In this document: piece after piece, positions 1-7,044 of the stretch | Layout: every line of letters begins with the position of its first letter | Position numbering within the stretch: position 1 is the stretch's first letter | NCBI GenBank assembly: GCA_043779265.1 | Contig: JAYWEM010000170.1 | Span: forward strand, 1 to 16,153 | Source of the DNA: a bacterium | GTDB lineage: Bacteria; Eisenbacteria; RBG-16-71-46 | Reading direction: 5' to 3' | Length of the DNA: 16,153 nucleotides | Made by a program: the position numbers and the translations under genes | Notes under the pieces: model-generated | The model's input: the letters and a program-made list of their open reading frames with translations, nothing else | Database searches by the model: none | What the model was told of the DNA's origin: nothing

Positions 1-1992
1 GCTCGGGCGATCCCGGTCGAACACGAACAACTCATAGGACTCGGACCCGGGCGCGAGTACCACCGCGACCACCCGTCGCCCATCCGATGAGGCCGCGAAG
101 TCGCCCTGGAAATTCATCTGCTCAGGGCCCCACTCGGACCACCGACCCTCGCGATCGTGCAAGCCCATTCGACGATGCTGCGGCGAAGTTCCCCCGGGAC
201 GATAGAGGATGGCCCCCGATGGCGAGACACCGGCTCGGGCGCCGCCCCATTGATCGAGCACCATCATCCCCTCGATCAACGCGACCGGTTCACCGATCAC
301 CTGGCGTCGTGCGAGATCGAACGGCGCGGCAAGCAACTTGTCGCCGCGCCCCACCAACAGATACCCGGACGCGGTGAGCCGCGGGGTGGACGCGTTGGCG
401 ACGAGCGTCGTGACGCGCCCGCTCTCGATGTCGATCGAGGCGGCCTCCACCGCCCAACCACTGGGTCCGAAGTACCCCGCCGTCGCCAGCGCCGCACGAC
501 CATCGGGCAGAACGCTCTCGATCGTGAGATCCAGGAGGGTCACGCTGCTCTCGAATGGCTTCCATGGCTCTTGGCTCTGCTGGCCGCGCACGACCCGCAT
601 GTAACTCTTGTGGTCGATTCGCGCCACCAGGATCCGCCCATCCGGCATCACATCCCAGGCACCGTATTCCTCCGGCCAGGCGCAGACGTCGGAGGGGGGC
701 GCACTTCCGTCGACGGGGACACGCACCATCTTCTCGTGCGGGGAACCTGGGGCGGACGGCACGACCATGTAAAGCCACTGGTCGTCGTCGCCCAAGTCGT
801 AGCTGAACACGCCCTCGGTCCCGGGGATGGGACTCCACTCGAACGCATCGAGCGGCCGCCGGTAGAGCATGGTCGGGCCACCCGTCCCCCGGGTCGGAGC
901 GCCGCGCGCGATCAGGACGCGCCCCCCCTCGGTGAACATCGCCGCACGGATCGAGACCCCCTCGGGCAGGGAGATCGAGACGCGCTGCACTTCCGACTCC
1001 GGCCGCGCGCCACGCAGGGCGAGCCCTCCCGCCAGACCCGCAGCCAGCGCCAGAACGGCGACCAGCGCGAACGGCCACCACGCCTTCGGCCCGGCGACCG
1101 CGGCACGCGCAGTTGGATCGGCCTCGCCGTTCGTGATGGCGATCAGCTCGAGGCGCGCATCGCCGATGTCCCGCAGTCGGGCGCGCGGATCCTTGACGAG
1201 GCAGCGCTGCAGCAGCGTCACCAGTCGCGGCGGCGTGGAGGCGGGCAACAGCGACCAATCCGGCTCGCGCTCGAGGATGCGCGCGATGGTGTCGGACAGC
1301 GTCTCGCCAGCGAACAACTGCCGTCCCGAGAGCATCTCGAACACGACCACGCCGAACGCCCAGATGTCAGCACGGCGATCGACCGCCTTGCCCCTCGCCT
1401 GCTCGGGCGCCATGTACGCCGCCGTGCCGAGCAGCACGCCCGCCTGAGTACCCATGGTGCGCGTCGGGGAGTGCGTCAGCGACGCATCGACCGAGCCGCC
1501 CTCGTCGGCGGCGAGCGCCTTGGCCAATCCGAAGTCGAGCACCTTGACCATGTCGTCGCGAGTGAACTTGATGTTCGCGGGCTTCAGGTCGCGATGCACG
1601 ATCCCCAGCTCGTGCGCGTACTCCATGGCCTCGGCGATCGCCTGCGCGATGGCCATCGCCTCCGCTGCGGGGCGCGCCCCTTCCTGCGCCAGGCGCTCGG
1701 CCAGCGTCGGGCCCTCGACCAGTTCGAGCACGAGGGCCGGCACGCCGCCCGCCTCCTCCAGCGCGAGCAACGCGCCGATGTTCGGATGACTGAGCGACGC
1801 CAGCAGCCTTGCCTCGCGTTCGAATCGCGCACGGCGCTCGGGGTCGCCGACCAGCGCCTCCGGGAGCACCTTGATGGCGACATCGCGTTGCAGCCGCATG
1901 TCGCGCGCGCGCCACACCTCGCCCATGCCGCCTGCGCCCAACGGGGAGACGACCTCGAACACGCCTAGGCGGGTGCCGGGGGCCAGCTTCAT
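1..1992 (-). CDS. Membrane-anchored Hanks-type Ser/Thr protein kinase with C-terminal TolB/PD40-like beta-propeller (3' end outside window)
   Basis: Translated by hand; the ORF track misses it because there is no stop in the window. Starts MKLAPGTRLGVFEVVSPLGAGGMGEVWRARD, with VAIK, HRDLKPAN, DFG and GTAAYMAPEQ motifs intact. A hydrophobic segment WWPFALVAVLALAAGLAGGLAL follows, then propeller-like repeats (MPDGR, LPDGR, SPSG, SSDGRR). The frame is open to base 1. Confidence 0.95.
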   Translation of the reverse strand, partial: MKLAPGTRLGVFEVVSPLGAGGMGEVWRARDMRLQRDVAIKVLPEALVGDPERRARFEREARLLASLSHPNIGALLALEEAGGVPALVLELVEGPTLAERLAQEGARPAAEAMAIAQAIAEAMEYAHELGIVHRDLKPANIKFTRDDMVKVLDFGLAKALAADEGGSVDASLTHSPTRTMGTQAGVLLGTAAYMAPEQARGKAVDRRADIWAFGVVVFEMLSGRQLFAGETLSDTIARILEREPDWSLLPASTPPRLVTLLQRCLVKDPRARLRDIGDARLELIAITNGEADPTARAAVAGPKAWWPFALVAVLALAAGLAGGLALRGARPESEVQRVSISLPEGVSIRAAMFTEGGRVLIARGAPTRGTGGPTMLYRRPLDAFEWSPIPGTEGVFSYDLGDDDQWLYMVVPSAPGSPHEKMVRVPVDGSAPPSDVCAWPEEYGAWDVMPDGRILVARIDHKSYMRVVRGQQSQEPWKPFESSVTLLDLTIESVLPDGRAALATAGYFGPSGWAVEAASIDIESGRVTTLVANASTPRLTASGYLLVGRGDKLLAAPFDLARRQVIGEPVALIEGMMVLDQWGGARAGVSPSGAILYRPGGTSPQHRRMGLHDREGRWSEWGPEQMNFQGDFAASSDGRRVVAVVLAPGSESYELFVFDRDRPS

Positions 1993-2030
1993 GCGTCGCA
2001 GTCCGAGAACGTGAGGGCGGATCGGTTCAT
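1989..2030 (-). other. Possible 13-aa leaderless uORF (MNRSALTFSDCDA) whose stop overlaps the kinase start (ATGA)
   Basis: ATG at 2030 lies 7 nt downstream of a TAAAGT -10-like hexamer (2043-2038). Its TGA overlaps the kinase ATG, which has no clear SD. Confidence 0.3.
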
Positions 2031-2102
2031 GGCGCGGACTTTACCGCACTCCGCGCCGCGCACGCTGTGGAGTCGTGGGCCAAAGCGCGCGCGGTCGAGC
2101 AC

Positions 2103-2660
2103 TTACAGGCGCTCGACGAACTCGCCGGTGCGGGTGTCCACCTTCACGCGATCGCCCTCTTCGATGTAGGGCGGCACCTTGATCTCGAGACCCGACTCGA
2201 GCATCGCCGGCTTGTTGGTGTTCTGCACGGCGGCACCCTTGATGTTGGGCGTCGTCTCCGTGACCTGGAGTTCCACGAACATCGGCGGTTCGATGCCGAC
2301 GACGCGGCCCTCCCAGTAGTCGGCGTTGATCACCAGGCCGTCGGTGAGATAGCCCGCCGAGTCGCCGAGGACGTCGCGCGTCAACTCGACCATCTCGTAC
2401 GTCTCCTGGTTCATGAAGTGGAAATCGTCGCCGGCCTTGTAGCTGAACTGCAGCCTGTGCTGGTCGAGTTGCGCCTTCTCGAGCTTGTCGTCAGTGGAGA
2501 AGCGCACATCATGATTGGAGTTGTTCTCGATGTTGACGAGCTTGGCCTGCACGAAGCCGCGCAGATTGCCGGGAGTGCGGTGCTGCATGGAGGCAACGCG
2601 ATGCGGCTTGCCGTTGTAGATCACCAGATTGCCGACACGAAGCTGGGTTGCTGCGATCAC
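2103..2660 (-). CDS. efp: Translation elongation factor P (185 aa)
   Basis: GTG start with GGAGG 5 nt upstream. EF-P motifs: QLRVGNLVIYNG, HRTPGNLRGFVQAKL, FHFMNQETYE, KPAMLESGLEIKVPPYIEEGDRVKVDTRTGEFVERL. Confidence 0.97.
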   Translation of the reverse strand: MIAATQLRVGNLVIYNGKPHRVASMQHRTPGNLRGFVQAKLVNIENNSNHDVRFSTDDKLEKAQLDQHRLQFSYKAGDDFHFMNQETYEMVELTRDVLGDSAGYLTDGLVINADYWEGRVVGIEPPMFVELQVTETTPNIKGAAVQNTNKPAMLESGLEIKVPPYIEEGDRVKVDTRTGEFVERL

Positions 2661-2739
2661 GGAAGCCTCCCGTGGAGAGTGTGCGCGGACAAGGGTACCG
2701 ACCCCCTGTACGGGCCTCCCCTGCTGGAAACGGCCGCGA

Positions 2740-2768
2740 AGTGTGCCGGAGCCCCGCAAGGGGCGCAA
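2740..2768 (-). promoter_or_regulatory. Possible sigma70-type promoter for efp
   Basis: TTGCGC-17 nt-CACACT in the receptor-efp intergenic region. The -35 matches two other candidate promoters in the window; the -10 is weak. Confidence 0.3.
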
Positions 2769-2783
2769 ATCAAGCGGCGGGAC

Positions 2784-5036
2784 TCAGAAACCGAGGTTCG
2801 CCTGAAGCCGGATGTCCCTTCCGGGCGCATCAGCGTAGGCCTTGTAGCGGCTGAGGAAGTCCCGATAGCGCGTGTCGAGGACATCACGCACCAGCACCTC
2901 GATGCCGATCGTCCGACCGCCTCTCACCCACTCGAATCCCGCCGCGGAATGGACGAGCGTCCGCGCATCGGTCGCCACATCGTGCGGGTCGAGCCGGCGT
3001 TGTTCACCGTTCCACGACGCGGTGAGCGAGAGATGCGGGTGGTGCAGCCCGCCGATCTGCTCGGCTTCGTAACGGATCCCCGCCTCGATGCGCGCTGGCG
3101 GGATCCACGGCAACGGCTGGTCCCGGCTCTCGTTCTGCCCCTGCACGAGATCGGCCGAGGCGAGCACATGCCAGGCACGATCGAGATGGAGGTCGGCACT
3201 CATCTCGAGGCCGCACAAGGTCGCATCCCCCTGCACGACATCGAAGATCTGGAACCCCGACTCCGGATCGAACGCTCCGGTCGGCCGCGAATGGATGAAA
3301 CCGGCGATACGGTTCACGAATCCGCCCAACTCGCCATGGAAACGTCCCGTCTGAACGCGCAGCGCGACATCGGCGTTCAAGGACGTCTCGATCCCAAGCG
3401 CCGCGTCGCCTCGCTCGAACGCGACCGTGCCTTCGTGCACCCCATTGGAGAACAGGTCGAACGGCGACGGGGCCCGGAACCCGCGCCCGAGGTTGAGGAC
3501 GAGCGCGGCGGGCTCCGCGAGCCGATAGAGCACGCCGAGGTTGCCGGTCGCCGCCGTGTGCCGCCTCGACTGCGCTGTCACGGCCAGTCCCGGATGATCG
3601 AGTACATCGAGTGCGCGATGATCGATGCGCCCGCCCGCCGACCACCGCCAGCGACCCGCCTGGGACTCCTCGAACGCATAGAGCGCGAAGCCCAGCGTCT
3701 TCGAGTCGGGGATCAGGGCCTCGTCGCCCGAGCCCACGAAGCGCTCGCCTTGCAGTGAGGCTCCGAGCAGCCCCTGCCAACGGCCCCACGCCGCATGGTG
3801 CCAGCGCACGCCGGCGTTCCAACTGCGCGCCAGCAAACCCAGCGCGGCCTCAGAGGCTTCACGCTCCTCGAACTCGCGCCGGTCGTTCCGCTGCCAGCCG
3901 GCATCGAATCGAACGCGTCCGCCCCCGACCGGGAGCAGCACGCCGAGATGGACGAGGTCATCGACGATGCCCTGATTCGGTGTCGCGGCGGGGTCCTCGG
4001 CGGGGTCCTCGTGAATGCGGACGGTCTCCTCGCGACGAGCGTACCGAAGCGACCATGCCCCCCAGGCGCCTCGCACCGCCGACTCGAGCGAGCCCGTCGT
4101 CGCCTCGTAGCCCGTGTTGAAGAGCGAGCCGCTCGGCGCCTCGAGGTCGCCGTGCTCGCGCTTCGTGAACGAGCCGCGCAATCCGAGGCCCTCGCTCGCC
4201 GCTTCGAACCCGAAGCGCCCCTCGCGGCCGTCGCCGTTGCTCGTCCAACCCGCGCCGAGCCGCGTGCGGATGAACGCGGGCTCACCGAAGGCCGTGGGCA
4301 GGTCGCGCGGGATCACATTCACCACGCCGCCCAGCGCCTCGGACCCGTAGAGCACGCTGGCGGGCCCGCGGATCACCTCGATGCGATCCGCATCGGCCGG
4401 TTCGATCTGCGGACCATGCTCGTCGCCCCAGCCTTGGAATTCCGTTCGCTGCCCATCGGACAGGACGAGCACGCGATCGTTGCGTAGACCTCGGATCATG
4501 GGCTTGCCGACGCCCGAGCCGGTGCTCCAATTGCGCACGCCGGGAAGCGACGCGATCGTCTCGCCGAGCGAGATGGCCATGGCCTCTCGCAGCTCGTCTC
4601 CGCCCAGCACTCCCACGCTCTGCGGCGACTCGAGCGCGGTCGAGGGCACGGCGCTCGCGCTCACCTGGACCGGTGGCAATTCGACGAGCGCCTCCTTGAG
4701 GACCGCATCGAGTTTCTGCTCCCCGCCGGCCAGCGTGACCGGCAGAAGTGCTGGTCGGTAGCCGATGCGCTGGAACGTGACGCGGTAGACGCCGGGCAGC
4801 AGCCCGGCGAGGCGATAGCGACCTTGAGCGTCCGTCGCGCCCGAACGGGCGAGCTCGACGACGGCGACGGCGACATCGGGGATCGGCGCGCCCGCTCCGT
4901 CGAGCACAAGACCCGAGAGCGAGGTGCCCGACTGGGCGAACGCCATGCGACCGGGGCTCAGGAAGCAGAGGGCGGCGATGAGGATGCTCGGGAGAACGCG
5001 GCGTGATCCCGCGCTCAGACGCTCAAGAGACTCCAT
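2784..5036 (-). CDS. TonB-dependent outer-membrane receptor with N-terminal carboxypeptidase-regulatory-like domain, probably metal uptake (750 aa)
   Basis: ATG 5036 has a GAGGAG SD. Signal peptide (...ILIAALCFLSPGRMAFAQ), N-domain (GATDAQGRYRLAGLLPGVYRVTFQRIGY), plug motifs (KPMIRGL, RIEVIRGPASVLYGSEALGGVVNVI), barrel motif GFRAPS, His-bearing GWGDEHG and NGVHEG, and a terminal Phe (LQANLGF). Confidence 0.95.
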   Translation of the reverse strand: MESLERLSAGSRRVLPSILIAALCFLSPGRMAFAQSGTSLSGLVLDGAGAPIPDVAVAVVELARSGATDAQGRYRLAGLLPGVYRVTFQRIGYRPALLPVTLAGGEQKLDAVLKEALVELPPVQVSASAVPSTALESPQSVGVLGGDELREAMAISLGETIASLPGVRNWSTGSGVGKPMIRGLRNDRVLVLSDGQRTEFQGWGDEHGPQIEPADADRIEVIRGPASVLYGSEALGGVVNVIPRDLPTAFGEPAFIRTRLGAGWTSNGDGREGRFGFEAASEGLGLRGSFTKREHGDLEAPSGSLFNTGYEATTGSLESAVRGAWGAWSLRYARREETVRIHEDPAEDPAATPNQGIVDDLVHLGVLLPVGGGRVRFDAGWQRNDRREFEEREASEAALGLLARSWNAGVRWHHAAWGRWQGLLGASLQGERFVGSGDEALIPDSKTLGFALYAFEESQAGRWRWSAGGRIDHRALDVLDHPGLAVTAQSRRHTAATGNLGVLYRLAEPAALVLNLGRGFRAPSPFDLFSNGVHEGTVAFERGDAALGIETSLNADVALRVQTGRFHGELGGFVNRIAGFIHSRPTGAFDPESGFQIFDVVQGDATLCGLEMSADLHLDRAWHVLASADLVQGQNESRDQPLPWIPPARIEAGIRYEAEQIGGLHHPHLSLTASWNGEQRRLDPHDVATDARTLVHSAAGFEWVRGGRTIGIEVLVRDVLDTRYRDFLSRYKAYADAPGRDIRLQANLGF

Positions 5037-5041
5037 GGTGA

Positions 5042-5145
5042 CTCCTCGCAGGCACGTCGGACGCATGGCGTCCACGACATGCCGATCGTTGGGTGGAGGG
5101 CTCGCCGCACCACATGCGCGGCGACCACGACTCACCCGCGAGGAG
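5042..5145 (-). promoter_or_regulatory. SD-sequestering mRNA structure between leader ORF and receptor
   Basis: mRNA CUCCUCGCGGG (5145-5135) is complementary to CCUGCGAGGAG (5052-5042, contains the receptor SD), 11 bp with one G-U. It encloses two hairpins at 5102-5124 and 5051-5083. Pairings found by eye. Confidence 0.75.
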
Positions 5146-5446
5146 GGCCTCGTCCATCATGAAGCAACAGACGAGGCAGGCTCGGCGCCGCGGCGATCTC
5201 GCGCGGCTCGCTGCGCGAGCTCTCGACCGGGACCGCAAGCACGATCGGTGCCGAAGGCGGCGCGGGCGCGATCTTCGCGACCACGCACATCGAGCACGCA
5301 TCCGGCCGAGCAGCACCATCGCACTCGTCGTGATGATGCAGCGCCAGCGCGAACGCCCCGCTCAGAAGCGAGAGCATCAGGCTCAACGCGAGGAGCAGAG
5401 AGGCTCCTCGCATGGGACGCATCCCCTTGACGTGCGCGTTCGGCAT
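5132..5446 (-). CDS. DUF2946-like (CruR/CutF-type) exported leader/arrest peptide
   Basis: Hydrophobic signal segment (SLLLALSLMLSLLSGAFALA), then HHHDEC and CSMC, a 44-aa Pro/Ala-rich linker, and C-terminal RGPPRG-stop, directly upstream of a TonB-dependent receptor. Start uncertain: 5446 (leaderless) or 5413 (AAGGGG SD 9 nt upstream). Confidence 0.85.
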   Translation of the reverse strand: MPNAHVKGMRPMRGASLLLALSLMLSLLSGAFALALHHHDECDGAARPDACSMCVVAKIAPAPPSAPIVLAVPVESSRSEPREIAAAPSLPRLLLHDGRGPPRG

Positions 5447-5453
5447 GGGCCGC

Positions 5454-5459
5454 AAGCTA
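5454..5459 (-). promoter_or_regulatory. -10-like hexamer for the leader-receptor transcript
   Basis: TAGCTT 7 nt upstream of ATG 5446; only a weak -35 (TGGACG at 18 nt). Confidence 0.35.
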
Positions 5460-5493
5460 TCGCACCACTCGCGACTGCGTCCAGTCGGGGAAT

Positions 5494-6966
5494 CTAGTGC
5501 GCCGCCGCGTAGTCACGCACCCCCTCCAGCAGCGCATCGAGGTCCGAGCGCTCGAGCACGCGACCGCCCGCGACCACGGTTTCGATGCGGCGCGTGTTGC
5601 GGATGTCGGCGAGCGGGTCGGCTGACAGCAGCAGGAGGTGGGCGCGCTTGCCGCGCTCGATCGTGCCCTGGCGATGCGGCCGGGCGAGGAACCGGGCCGG
5701 GATCCGCGTCGCGGCCTCGAGCGCCTGATAGGGCGTCAGGCCCGCTCGCACCAGCCACTCGAGTTCCTGGTGCAGCGATAGCCCCGGCAGACAGAACGCA
5801 TCGAAGCTGTCGGAGCCCGCAAGCAGGGGCGCCCCTTCTCGATGCAGGGCTCCGACCAGCTCGGCGCTTCGTTCGGCGATGCGGCGATTCAGCGCGAACG
5901 TGGCCTCGCTCGTCGCCGCCAACACGCGGCGTCGACTCGCGAGAGAGCGCTCCCGGATGCTCGCCGGAACCAGATCCATCGGCAGACCGACGCCGCTGTC
6001 CCCGGCATCGAGCGGGCGGAACGAAGCCGACCACACGAGCGTCGGGCACAGCGCGGCGCCACGACTGCGCACATCGCGCGCCAGCGTGCGAACGGCGGAG
6101 GCGTCGAACGAGGCGACGTGCGCCTCCTGCAACTCGGCTTGCTGACGTCGGAGCGCGGTGCGATCGGCATCGGGCTTGGACGCTGCCTCGGCGAACGCCG
6201 CGAGCGCGGCGATCAACGAGTCCTCGCGCCCGGAACAGGCGCGCATCACTCCAGCGTCGCCCGGCAGTGCCGGGGAGATGTGCTCCAGGCTGTGGCCGTT
6301 GGCCGCGAGCACCTCGCGGGCAGTCAGACCATCGGGCACATGGCCCGCGAAGCGGATCCGCTGCGTCATGCACTCGGCATTGATGCCGCGCATCGCCTCG
6401 CGCGAGAGGCCCGCTTGGATCTTGATGAAATCGGCGCCCTCGGCGCGCAGGTGCCGGACCGCCGCGCGCGCGGCGCTATCGGTGGTCACGGAGACGAACA
6501 AGGGCCCCGCGGGGGCCGCGGGCCCATCGACGAACGGCCCCGGCGAAATCACCTCGGGCGCGCCCCAACGCGATGCCCGGATCGAATCGCGCAACGCGCG
6601 GACTCGAGCGGGATCGCTCCCCATGTCGCGCACGCCGACGATGCCGTGTGCCAGAAGCATGGGGGCGATGAAGCCCGCCTCGATACCGACCTCGTCTCGA
6701 TTCGCGAGATGCACGTGCATGTCCCACAGCCCGGGGATGAGCCACTGCCCCGTCGCATCGAGGACACGCGCGCCGGAGGGAGGCTTCAGCGTGGCGCTGG
6801 GCCCCACGCGGATGATCCGCCCGTCCTCGATCAGCACCGTGTGGTCTCGCTTCACGACCTCGGCAGTCATGTCGATCAGCGAAGCATGCGTGATCGCCAA
6901 TTGCTCCGCTCGCGCGGGGACCGCCAGCGAGAGTACGGCCGAGAGGGCGATCAGGGTGCGGCGCAT
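5494..6966 (-). CDS. Secreted metal-dependent amidohydrolase family protein (490 aa)
   Basis: AAGGAGG SD and signal peptide MRRTLIALSAVLSLAVPARA. Motifs LIPGLWDMHVH (HxH), GVRDMG, FIKI, AGHV, SLEH, LLAGSDS and GTIERGKRAHLLLL. Confidence 0.93.
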   Translation of the reverse strand: MRRTLIALSAVLSLAVPARAEQLAITHASLIDMTAEVVKRDHTVLIEDGRIIRVGPSATLKPPSGARVLDATGQWLIPGLWDMHVHLANRDEVGIEAGFIAPMLLAHGIVGVRDMGSDPARVRALRDSIRASRWGAPEVISPGPFVDGPAAPAGPLFVSVTTDSAARAAVRHLRAEGADFIKIQAGLSREAMRGINAECMTQRIRFAGHVPDGLTAREVLAANGHSLEHISPALPGDAGVMRACSGREDSLIAALAAFAEAASKPDADRTALRRQQAELQEAHVASFDASAVRTLARDVRSRGAALCPTLVWSASFRPLDAGDSGVGLPMDLVPASIRERSLASRRRVLAATSEATFALNRRIAERSAELVGALHREGAPLLAGSDSFDAFCLPGLSLHQELEWLVRAGLTPYQALEAATRIPARFLARPHRQGTIERGKRAHLLLLSADPLADIRNTRRIETVVAGGRVLERSDLDALLEGVRDYAAAH

Positions 6967-6989
6967 CTCGGTACCTCCTTCAACGGAAA

Positions 6990-7029
6990 GGCACGCGCCC
7001 CGGTCCCGTGGGGAGCCGGGGCGCGTGCC
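6990..7029 (-). terminator. Strong hairpin between metalloprotease and amidohydrolase (leaky terminator or mRNA stabiliser)
   Basis: Perfect 14-bp stem GGCACGCGCCCCGG/CCGGGGCGCGTGCC plus a 4-bp inner stem. On the minus strand it is followed by only TTTCCGTT. Confidence 0.7.
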
Positions 7030-7044
7030 ATGGAACAGAAGGTG

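Noticed and set aside
157..1968. 603-aa plus-strand ORF
   Set aside because: Antisense shadow of the kinase; Arg/His-rich with no motifs, as is typical of high-GC reverse frames.
2661..2768. N-terminal extension of EF-P in the ORF track
   Set aside because: EF-P similarity starts at GTG 2660, which has a GGAGG SD; the extension overlaps a candidate promoter.
2067..3758. 563-aa plus-strand ORF
   Set aside because: Antisense to efp and the receptor, both of which have clear family motifs.
5037..5135. Receptor start at GTG 5135 overlapping the leader stop
   Set aside because: ATG 5036 has a strong SD and precedes the signal peptide, and the region is better explained as structured RNA. Coupled initiation at 5135 is not strictly excluded.
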